A DNA stretch of 36,679 nucleotides, taken from contig JADIIX010000181.1 of NCBI GenBank assembly GCA_027604505.1, forward strand, positions 1 through 36,679. The letters are read 5' to 3'. Positions 1 through 13,000 of this stretch are shown piece after piece. The stretch's first letter is position 1. Every line of letters starts with the position of its first letter. Under the pieces are notes generated by a model. It saw only the letters and a list, made by a program, of their open reading frames with translations. It ran no database searches and had not been told where the DNA came from. A program made the translations under genes and the position numbers. This stretch comes from Gonapodya sp. JEL0774. Taxonomy: Eukaryota.

Positions 1-48
1 TTATTGCGGTCCAGAGTGCGACGATTTACACTAACCAGCCGGTACCAG

Positions 49-1546
49 CCCCAAGGTCTTCAGTTACCCGGTTTTCAACCTCAGATTGTACCTTTTTCTT
101 CGACTCAATATGGTGCGGCTGCTCTGTCGGTAAGAGTCGAACCTGACTGCTACTATGTACCAAAGTTTCCTTCAAACGAGTCGTGGTCCTCTCCAATCCC
201 CGCCGATCCCAGATCTCGCCAATGATTTGCACCCAAGATGAAGTTCGTGAATACCATGTGAGTTAGCCTTGTGGAGTGCTCTTGCTGTCCCACGTATTCA
301 ACCCGTTGGCACTTTCCCCCAGAACAACAACGATCTCGTCAAGCTCGATGGAATCCAGCAGTTCGTGCATCGGTCATCCATCGACTACTCATCTATCTGG
401 TTGTGCACAGTGGCTGAAGTTTCCAACTACCTGGTGAGATTGTGTCCTCTGCGGGTTGCCTTGGCTTCCCCACCCACTCATCTTTCGACACACTGCGATT
501 CAGGCAAACAACATTCTTGTAAAGATGAATGGAGTCAAGAAATACGTACCGCGGTCTTCCATCTTTTTGCCGTTTCGTGCACAGACGTGGCCATCGGTAC
601 GCTCTCCCGTTTCTCGTCATTTTGACGTGTTTCTCGTGAATTCCAATCCGGTTCCGCCTAGTCCACGATTCAGAACTGGCTGCAAACAAATTCAGGAAAA
701 CATTTTAACCTCAGGTAAGATTTCAGTACCAGTACGTCGCTAACCTCGCCGAGGGTCAACGGCGGTGCTCACAGAGGTTGTTTCTCCTCTGTAAGCAGTA
801 CTCTCACTGGCCAACAAGCTCTAATCGGCAACAATCTAGGCGTGTTCCCAGTGGATTTTCGTTACGATATGATGTCCAATTCAACTGGTTTGAGTATGCT
901 TTGATCAGCCGACCTGTTTCTGTAAGTCAAGCGCGACGGGACTAACTCCTGTGGTCTTACTTCAAAGGTACAACAACAAACGAGCCATCTCCTTGGCCGA
1001 CGGCTGTACTTCCTTCACCGCCAGCATCAAGCGTATCCAGCGGTCAGTCCCCTCCCGCGAGTACGTTTGTTGGGACTGTTTCGTCGGCGCAACTGCTTCA
1101 ACACAGTTATCCGCCCGTTGCTGATCAACACTCTGCACTAACTCTTGATAGTCGACAATGGGTTCTACGCGTACAGCCCAATGAGGACGGTCCATGAAAG
1201 CACAGGTCGTTACGGCTGCTCCGAGGCAAACTGTGACAAGACATTCGCACAGATGTCGGGCTTGGTCCGCCACCGCAACCTAATACATGCGAAGCGACTC
1301 CCAATCGGACACCCAGATCGCGTTAAATGTGAATGTGGGAAGCTCTTTTACGGGTGAGAACTTTGAGTCTGGATGTTAACAAAAATGTGGGAAAACCTCA
1401 TCACTGTCTCTCACCTCGCATGTGCATACATACATAGCTCCGAAGCACACCGTGACCATGCAAAGAGACTCGGTGGCGGTGACGCGCACAATGTCGTGAC
1501 GGAGGTTGTTGGAGAGATGGACGGTCCTGAGTTGTTTTTTTTGTGA
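49..1546 (+). CDS. C2H2 zinc-finger protein, 5'-partial (continues upstream of the window), with an N-terminal tandem 37-aa repeat
   Basis: Hand-spliced exons 49-129, 213-257, 323-433, 504-596, 662-714, 775-893, 968-1060, 1152-1353 and 1438-1546 are all bounded by GT-AG introns and stay in phase to TGA at 1544-1546. The product contains YGCSEANCDKTFAQMSGLVRHRNLIH (canonical C2H2) and a second, atypical finger CECGKLFYG|SEAHRDHAKRLGGGDAH. Confidence 0.7.
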
Positions 1547-2110
1547 CGAAGGAGTTTACGGGAGAGTTGCACCGTCCTTGGGTATTTTTTGTAGTGAGAT
1601 TCAAGTTAACCTATCTCGAGATGTTCCTCTCCCGTACTCTGCCCCCTTTACAATTCGATTAAAATGTCGGCTGTTGGTAAATTGATTTGTGTGGGGTCCC
1701 ACACAGTCACGGATTACACCCAGTGACGCATTTTAGATACATAGCACTATAATCGTTACGGGACCTTGCTGTGAAGTTCACCACGTTGGAAAACATATAC
1801 GGTCAAAGATCAGTGTGACGAGAATCCGACTGTTGTTCTCATTCCATGTTCGAGTATAACCAAACCAGGGTTCGCGACCAGACCAAGCCTTCACTTGAAC
1901 AAAAAGACGAAACTGAAAGTATAGGAAAAAGCAAAATGCGAGACAGCGAGCGACGTGGATTTTGGTTGCTTGATTCCATATGGTGTGGTAGTGGTGGCCC
2001 GTGCGTGTGCCATGGGTGTTGTAGATGTGCGGCGGGGCTGACGGGGTGACCAGAGCACTGTTGAGTGTTCCCACCCCAACCATCACAGCAAGCACAAGGA
2101 ACCGGTCACG

Positions 2111-3730
2111 ATGGGGGTGAGCACTTTGGAGCGGAAGACGCAGACAGAAAACAGACTGCAAACACCGTGCAGGGGGCGGCAGAGAGGGCTGGGAACCGGT
2201 GGATGGATGTCGTAGGCATGGGGGACAGCCTTGGGTGTGGGACCTGCCTGCCACTGTGGAGCTCAAGACGGCAAGGGAAGCTCGACAACCGACATCATCG
2301 GACATTCCCTCAATAAATTGGCAACCTGGCGATGACAGCGGGAAACCCTGTAGGGCCGGGAGTCGGGACATTGGCGACCGCTGATGGGGACGGTCTGGAC
2401 AGAGATTTCACTCGCCATTGTCCAAGGCCCGGGATCAGGCGGTCACGCACAAACGCTATCAAAACACCTCTTCGCCGATTTCTCTTGCTGTTTGGTTTCT
2501 GCTGTTGTTTGTTGTTGTGTGTTTCCTGGCATATTGTTTCTCACACCGTCACCTCGGACATTCCACCGACTTCTCCACCCACCTTCCAACTCCCCACACC
2601 TCAGATTGACATCAACAAGAAGCATGTCAAGAAGGGCAACAGGACTGCTCCCAAGAGCGACAATGTCTACTTGCTCCTGCTTGTAAAGGTGAGTCGCCCG
2701 AGCTGGAGTCACCGAAGCTAACGGAACTAGAGCCAGCGCGAGTGCTTCCGAGCGTGTGTCTTGATCAAAGAGAGGTAGTAGGCTGTCTGGTCCACAGGGA
2801 GGGAGAGCAGTTCCATAGGGACATGTGCTGGTATGGACAGACCGTGCAGGAGGTGTCAAGCCAACTTTTGAACGTTCGGATATCGGACGTGTGGACATAT
2901 GGACATGTGATCGAGGTCCCGTCGAGATATCACGGAGAGCCATGTGTAATATTTTCACTACGTCGACTTGACACCCACCACCCACCACCACCTGACCCTC
3001 TCCATCCCACCCAGCTCTACCGCTTCCTCGCCCGCCGCACCGCCGACGCCCCCTTCAACAAGGTCGTCCTCAAACGCCTCTTCATGTCCCGCACCAACCG
3101 CCCCCCGCTCTCCCTCTCCCGCCTCGCCTACCTCATGCAAGGCAAGGACGGCAAAACCGCCGTCCTCATCGGCTCCGTCACCGACGACGACAGGCTCGAG
3201 CAGGCTCAGATTCCAAAGCTCTCGGTCGCCGCACTCAGGTTCTCCCAGACCGCAAGGGCCAGGATCGTCGCCGCCGGTGGAGAGTGTCTCACGCTCGACC
3301 AGTTGGCGCTTAGGGCTCCAGAAGGGAGCAACTGTGTGCTGTTGAGGGGAAAGAGGACCGCCAGGGAGGCCGTCAAGCACTTTGGCCCCGCGCCGGGTGT
3401 GCCGCACTCCAAGACCAAGTGAGTAGCGCCGCGGCGCCCAGTCTGCAGAACGAACGGAGCCAGAAATCCTCGAGCCGTCACGCGGGATACCGTGAAGCCG
3501 CCTGCCCCGCGAGCCCCTCGAGGCCGTTTGGCAAAGGCTCGAGTCCCTGTATCGCCCGTTGACCACATCCGTTTCTGCACTTTTGCACTTTGAACTCTCA
3601 AAACTCACATGCTCATTCCCCACTTGTCTCTCTCCCTCCCCATCACCAACCCAGGCCCTACATCCAGTCCAAGGGCCGCAAGTTCGAGCGTGCCCGTGGT
3701 CGCCGCAAGTCGCGTGGGTACAAGGCTTGA
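2111..3730 (+). CDS. RPL18: 60S ribosomal protein L18 (eL18), 189 aa, 4 exons
   Basis: join(2111-2116, 2605-2688, 3015-3418, 3655-3730) gives [39 protein letters not shown]...[16 protein letters not shown]...[25 protein letters not shown], a typical eL18. Donors are GTGAGC/GTGAGT and acceptors are CAG. Confidence 0.97.
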
Positions 3731-4165
3731 GCGCGGGGTGGTGGGCGTGCGTGTGGTGTGGTGTGGAGGTGGAGGAAGAGGGGACGAGGGGAATGGCCGG
3801 CACGGGCTGCGGTGTGCGGAGGGCGGAGGATGGATGGCGGAGGCGGGGACGGAGGGCGGTGGGCGTTGGGCGGAGCGGTGCGCGCCCCCTCCTCCCCTGC
3901 CCCGTTCCCCCCTTCCCCCCGGGACTGCTCTGTTCAATTCTCCGTCCGCTTTATTGTTTGCTTTATCCGTATGGTGCGGCGTGGTTGCGGGTCTTGGTTT
4001 CCCAACCCTCCCCCCCCTTGTTTGTGGTGTGGGTGTGGGGGTAGTGGCGGAGTGGTGGTGTAGTGTGGTTGTTGATGGTTGTGGTATGGTGGCAAATACA
4101 TGCGTGCACTTTATTTCCTTTGAGAAACGGTGGGGGGGAGTGTGTCCAGCGTTGTGTTTGTGACC
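3731..4165 (+). repeat. Low-complexity G/GT-rich tract with an embedded C-rich segment, downstream of RPL18
   Basis: Runs such as gtgtggtgtggtgtggaggtggagg and gtggtgtgggtgtgggggtagtggcggagtggtggtgtagtgtgg, with a C-rich block at about 3885-3920. The spurious ORFs in every frame here come from this composition. Confidence 0.6.
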
Positions 4166-4670
4166 GGATGTCAGTGTCATGGGGGTTGTACAGTCTCCGT
4201 CAATGCCCTTCGCTTCTTTGGATTTTGGGAAAACCTTCTATGTTCTTCAGCCATCCAAAGCAAGTCAATTGTTTTCCTTGAAATAAATTTGACACTGACT
4301 GTGTCCCCTTTCACAGCGTGGTGCGTCATGGCTGCCACTGAAGGGGCACCTGGGTCGAGTTAAGTACTTTCACATCACTTTAGCCTCAGGCTGTTGTCCT
4401 CTTCAAAACAAATAAATTTTACTTCCAGAGTACTCTTCCGCCTTCTCAGCTCCACCAGATTTCAACAGTCAACGGTGTCGGTTGGGACTTTGCGAAAACT
4501 TTCCTACACTACATCAACTTTGATCAAATCAAAATCTGGTTGGATATCAGTCCTCTATCTTCCTAGTGTGATTCTGCCCATTTGTGGATTGTTGTTCGGT
4601 TCGTATGTGGGTCATTTTTTTCAAGAGCGAATGTCTTCACCTCTTATTGATCAATTCTGACACAAATCAT

Positions 4671-7341
4671 ATGCGATTAATACGCCATGCTCTACTCAGA
4701 AATCCTCGACCACTGCCATCGCGCCATCCCAGTTTTCCACCATCGCCCGTCCCTGTTCCTTTTCTCGCTGTGAATGTCGTTGGTCCGGCTGCTCGCCTTG
4801 TCTCCACGGAATCCTCACCCCGCGCAACGACCGTGCCGCCTTCTCTCGAAACCATACGCCTTTTTGCTCGCGATGGGCATCTCCACGCCGTCGCACCGGT
4901 CTTCAAAGCCGTCCTCGGTCGCGACGACGTGGAGGTGGACGACGCGGCCGATGCCCTCCTCGAGGCGTGCGTCAAGGCCCGTGACCCGAAAACCGCCGCA
5001 TTCGTGATCGATCTGCTCCAAGGGCGGTGGAAAACTCTGCGGGTGGAATCGACCCCGGCCGTGGTGTGGAGACGGGCCAGGATCACCGCGCTCTTCGTTC
5101 GCGCAATGGTGGCAGCTGGGGACGTGGATGGCGCAGTGAAACATCTCGCACGGTTTGAGCGGTTGGATAATCTTGATCGAGAACTCTTGGCGAGTCAGAC
5201 TGCTGGTCCCAATGTGACGCGGGAACAAACGGAGGAGGAAGCAGACCCGCGCCTCGCGTCCTACTTTCACGTGATAGAGGCGCTGCTGGACCGAGGAGGG
5301 GACAGGGATCTTGACGAGGCGTTTCGTTTGATTGATATTGTCAAGATTGAGAGCAGCCTCAACGTCAAAATACTCTTGCTCATGATGCGTGTAAGTCACT
5401 TATCGGGTTTTCGCACGAGAAAAGAGACTTGCACGAATTTGAAAGAAGATTTTAAAGTAACTGTGGCGGTTGGTGAAAGTACCACCAGGCGCTCAGGTGA
5501 ATTGGTGCTGTGGCTTTGAGGCAATGAACACCACCACCCCTTCAAGGAGAGGCCGGCTCAGTTGGCGAGGGAGCGACAAAATCTGTGCCCAGAATGGACT
5601 TTGAAGGTGCACGCATGAATTGGTAACGCGCGTTTCGGGGATGAATATTCCTGGCGGACAACTCGCCACCTGCATTGAACTTTTGACTCAGCTTCCATGC
5701 TGCTGCGGTTTGCTAACGACCTCCACTGCGTCCCATGCCGTTCAGGCCTATGGCATCACCAAATCCGCCGGCAAAATCGACTCCGTTCTTGTCTACATGG
5801 CCCAATCAGGTCTCCCCATCACACTCCGCGTCCTCTGCCACGCTCAGCTCGCCCTCGTCAACGCCGACGCACCCGCACACAAGATCCAGTCCGCTTTCGA
5901 TCGGCTGCTTCGTTCGTCGATTGATCCCAGCTCGGCTAACGAACTCGCCGACCCCGAAGTTCTCGCGCTTGCGTCCTCGTGCTTTTCAGGAGCAGTTCTT
6001 GTGGCAGCGGGACCCGATCGCTCCGACGTGGACGCAGCCTGGCTGTGCAGGTCTCGAGCCTGGGGCATCGTCCGCCGCATTCAGGAAGGGGAATTTGCCC
6101 GAGGTATCGTGGCGGACCGGTCCGCTGGGCCTTTGGCCGCCGCCTCCGCTCCCTCTCGCGAGCTTATGCTCGCACTCGACTCGGCATACCTCCGTGTGCA
6201 TCTGGAATCTCTTCGAAGGAATCAGCAGCACGATATGAGTCTCCCGTTCCGCAGCCGCCGTTGGACGGAAAGAAACCCTTTGTGGCATCGTATTAGTGAC
6301 AATGTCCTGTATCGGCACAATGGGACAGGTAATCTACCCCCGCACACTCTCACTGACATTGCGGAACTCCATGTCCGCGCGTCTCGCGATGCTCCGGACG
6401 TAGAAGCTGGCCGTGTGGAGCTTTCTCGTGCCATATCGCTCATCGCGGAACTCAAGGCAGCCGGTGTCGTCCCTCCCCGCCGCGCCTACCATGTGCTCAT
6501 GGAGGGCTGGGCGTGGTGGAGGGACAAAGCGATGCCTTTCGGAAAGCGATTGGACGAGGTGATGGAGCTGTACGATGACATGGTGGAGGCCGGGCATCCG
6601 CCCACAGCCAAGACGTTTGCGATTCTGTACAGGGCATGCATGCCCGCCTTGCATGGTAGAGGTGGACAGGAGGGTGTGAGCAAAGGACTGGCCATGTTAG
6701 TGGAGGAATACCGTGCAGCACAGGAGGAGTACAGCCCTCGGGACCGCCGACCAGTAGTGGTGGGTGTAGGTGTCGGTGTAGAGGCCATCCCGGGTGGTTT
6801 GGACATACGGGTGTATCACACAGAGCAACTCCAAATCACAAGCTCCGTGCAACACTCGATCGAGTCACTCGGCGCTCTTCTGCGAGCTCTTGTTGAAGGT
6901 GGTGACCTGGAAGGCGCTGCGCAACGTCTGGCTGATGCTCGACAGGGCGGACGACGACCGCTTCCCGCAGGTGTTTACTCTGAGTTGGCGCGCGGCTGCT
7001 CTGGCAGGTTGGAAGCAGCTGGGTGGCTACTCAATGATGTGGTGTATGATATGGAGCGAGACGGTGTGGAACGGACTTATGGTGTGTACCTTGGACTCAT
7101 GCGTGCATGCGTTGTGATGTCGGACGTGTCGCGAGGGGTGGAGCTCTGGGATTCTTTCATGGACGACCCCCGGCAGAAAGCTTATCAAGGCTTCGCGTTT
7201 TATTGGGAGGCAATGAGACTATTTTTTGGAGTCAGGAGGGAGGACTTGGCCGAGCAAGTGCTGAGTGAGATCCAGAAGCGGGGCATTCACTTTGATGTGA
7301 ACCCGAAGGTTCTGTCTGTTCTGAGAAGAAGGAACGTATAA
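4671..7341 (+). CDS. Pentatricopeptide-repeat (PPR) protein, probably mitochondrial, about 771 aa, 2 exons
   Basis: join(4671-5390, 5746-7341). The intron has a GTAAGT donor, a TGCTAAC branch point (5711-5717) and a CAG acceptor, phase 0. PPR-like motifs include PPRRAYHVLMEGWA...DEVMELYDDMVEAGHPPTAKTFAILYRAC and DMERDGVERTYGVYLGLMRAC. The Arg-rich, acid-free N-terminus (MRLIRHALLRNPRPLPSRH) resembles a mitochondrial presequence. Confidence 0.8.
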
Positions 7342-7506
7342 TTTTTCAAGTCATTAATGATTTAGCATATTTTTAAACTCAATCATATACTCCAATGGTT
7401 GCAGTCGGGCACAACACTATCGACACCGGGACAACTTTCAGGGTTCAACAGATTTCGTTCAAAAAGTGCCGGCTCTTCTGGTTCCCACCACATCATCGAA
7501 TCTGCA

Positions 7507-9877
<2,371 letters not shown>

Positions 9878-10062
9878 GATTCTTTGTATGCCACAATTTA
9901 GTCATTTGATAGAATGTTTCATCATGAAACAGCATTCTCATTGCAAGTTTACCTGCGTTGCTCCATCGGTAAAAGAGGAACTCGCACTCCGACAAAACTC
10001 GACTGTGACCCCTCCCGCTCACCCGTGAAACACTGACATCGAACAAAGAAAATCAAATCACA

Positions 10063-13000
10063 ATGTCCTTCCTTCCTCCGACATCTGCCTCGAGTACATC
10101 ACGAGCACAGCTTTTAGCTTCAGCTCGAAGAGATCGGGAGCTCAGAGAGCAACGTCGCCGCGAGCAGGAGCAGGCGGCTGGAAAGGAGGAGATCGGACGT
10201 AAACTTTTGAGATGGTGGAGGAGCCATCGTGACAGACGGAGAGGCCTCGAAATGGCGAGGAAAGAATGGGACGAGGCGATTTCATTTGGAGAGCTGAACT
10301 CTTCCAGTAAAACCCTCCCTCCGCATAAGCTTGTTCTGTTAGCTGGGCAACTTACAGTACTTTGGAAGTTGAATAACACCGAGGACCTCCCTGGACTGTT
10401 GGACCGCACCGAACATACAGCGAAGCTACTCGTTGCAGTTTCAAAGGCGATTCTGGTGCTTAGCCAGACGGGTGGCTGGACAGAGAAAGTAGAAACTACT
10501 CTCACTAGGTTGTGTTGGACTGCAGCGGTGCTGGGGACCGGCACTGAGATGTGGGCGCAGTATCACGCTGGCCCAGCCTTTACCAATGAAGAACGGAGTG
10601 TTCCCAGTGTCCAGAGCGCCTTCGCTCGGGAAAGCGTCGGAACTTCCTCGTCTCCTGCAAAGGCCACTTTTTTACCCACACTCATCGAGCCTTCGAAAAT
10701 GTATGACGAGAAAACTGCTGTACCACGCCAATTGTCGTTTCAACTCCGCCTTCTCCTCACATACATGAACCCTGCCTCGTATCGCGCAACTGCTTCATCC
10801 GTTGGCCCAACTTCACAGCTGTGCAACCGTTTGCACAGCCGTTTGGTTGACAGGAACTGTTTTTATACAATCGTTGGTGCAGGGGCGCGTGGACGTCTTC
10901 GAGTGGCCGTGCCTCTCTGGCTCCGACCAAAGCCATCTCCTCAAGAGCAAAAAGATCTTCGATCGGCGCAACTGTGGCTTGGTGCCTTCTCTGCCACGGC
11001 TTCTTGGACTCTTTCTTCTGCACCTGTGGGGCCACTATCGGCAGATCGCATCGCCCGCTTCTGCGCCCAAATACTTTCAGTTCCGCTTCTTGTGCACCTG
11101 TTAGATGATCAAGGAATCGAATTGCTCCGACGATCTGGTGCATTCGCCACCGCCGTTGAAGGTTTAGGTGGAGGAGCATCCCGAACAGGGTTCGTCGCTA
11201 TGGCCTCAGGGGAGGCCGCAGCGTTGGCTGCTTCAAATTTGTGTGAATGGCACAGGAGGATGGGCGTTGAAGCAACAGGGGAGGGTTGGGGCCTCCTGGC
11301 TAACTCATCTGTCCCCAACCCCTCGGTGGCCACAGCACAGTCCACAACCACCATATCGCGTTCTCACCCGGCACCGAACGCTGCTACTCCTCCGTATCCA
11401 GCGTGGCCCGCCTTTCCTCTCCCCAGAACACTTTTCTTTCGGGCCTTGTCCTCGCTCCTTCACCTTGCTTCGCTTTCTAGTGATAAGTCTCGCCAACAAA
11501 CATCCTCATCTGTTTCATTTCACCCTCTTCTTGAGTGGTATTCTGGCCCTCGTGATCCACTCCCGAGTCCACAATGGTGGCCCCGCATTGCGGATTCCTT
11601 TACTTGGCTGTGGTCTCGCGAATGGCTTGGAGTGGCTTTTGCAGGAGCTATCGCCGTGTCCAGCAACCCCACTCGCCATTCCAGCGCAGTCTCAGCGGTT
11701 GCGATGGATCTCCGAGATGTTGCGGAAGTGGTGCTTGGCCTGGTGAGGGGGTCGCGCAAGGTGGGGAAGGACGCAATGAGTGGCGTTGCTTATGGATCCG
11801 GCATCGTGCCTGCAGTATTCACGTTAGTTATGTGCTCATGCATTTGGTTATCATCTAACTGTGTTGGTTGTCTCTCTCAGACTTCTGACTCTGATCGGAC
11901 CGAGCCGAGAAAACGGGCTGCAAACTCTTCTAGTGTCGACCAAAGATCCAGGAAATGAGCCTATGGCGCCAGTCATGGAAATGCTTTTTGAGAGCGCACA
12001 CCTGCTCTTCTTGTACGTCCATTTTGCACATGGGAACTTCAAGTGATCTGAACGTACACAATTCCCGTTAACACCAGAACCCTCTCCGACGAAGAGATCT
12101 ACAACCGGCAGCAACCTCTCACTCTCTCTCAACTTTCGTCTCTTTCTTCTTTCCTCAACTCATACTGCTTTTATCTCCACTTGAAGGGAACACAGTCTGT
12201 CCGTCCGTCACTCACCGAAGCTGCTCTCAAACTGTTGGGTGCTTTGTATGATCGGAATGACCGACGTGCATGGGTGACGGAATTGCCAGAAAAGAAGGGT
12301 GTCGCGGGTTTCTTTGCTGGCATCGGTCTTGGAGGGAAGGGTAGTGATTCATCACCTTGGATTATGCCTGAGATGGCGGGGAAGCGGCTGATCGAGGAGA
12401 TTAGGTGATTGGGAGAACGTCGATACCTGCCTTGTGTTCTTCTGATCATGTGCAACCATAGGAAGGGCGATCCCACAACAGTCCTCATTCTCAACACAAC
12501 ACCACAAACCATCCCATTTCGCACGCGCGTCGATATTTTCCGAGAGATGGTGAAAGCTGACAAAGCCACGGTATCTGATGTCGGCTTCAACGTCAGGATC
12601 CGACGGAGGGCGGTGGGTGGGTCATCCATGCAGCCTGACGTGAAAGCTGAATTTTATCCCCATAGGTACTCGAAGATGGCTTCACTTATTTGGCCAAACT
12701 ATCTGGCGTGCAGTTCAAGCAGACGTTCCGCATCGTGTTCGTAAACGAGCTTGGAATGAATGAAGCAGGCGTAGACCAGCACGGTGTTTTTAAAGAATTC
12801 ATCGAGCTTTTGCTAAAGAAAGCTTTTTCGGCGGAGCTCGGGTGAGTGGTTGTATTGTTGCATTTCGGGTAACAAAGCTTCTGCTTGGATTGCTGCCAAT
12901 TCTTGGTGCTTGACAATCTTTCAGGCTATTCAAGCCGACAGCCGACAATACAATTTACCCGAGCTCAAAAAGTGGCATACACGAAAACCATTTAGAGCTT

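Noticed and set aside
1808..1895. Possible minus-strand C/D snoRNA: AACAGTCGGATTC is antisense to a conserved LSU rRNA segment (GAAUCCGACUGUU), with a CTGA nearby
   Set aside because: The guide is not directly followed by a D/D' box, there is no RUGAUGA C box, and 13-mer matches to rRNA are expected by chance in 36 kb.
2329..2384. GCGATGA...CTGA in RPL18 intron 1 as a C/D snoRNA
   Set aside because: Only about 56 nt long, with a degenerate C box, no good terminal stem and no recognisable rRNA guide.
4020..4095. TG1-3-like tract resembling telomeric repeats
   Set aside because: Irregular with no fixed repeat unit, internal to a gene-dense region, and part of the general G-skewed RPL18 flank.
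2958..4180. Long antisense and alternative-frame ORFs over RPL18 and its flank (also over PPR, LPD1, DBP4)
   Set aside because: Shadows of GC-rich codon usage and low complexity, with no recognisable protein motifs.
5391..5745. TPP riboswitch in the long PPR intron
   Set aside because: It lacks the CUGAGA and UGAUC...AUAAU...AGCG core elements, and the host gene is unrelated to thiamine metabolism.
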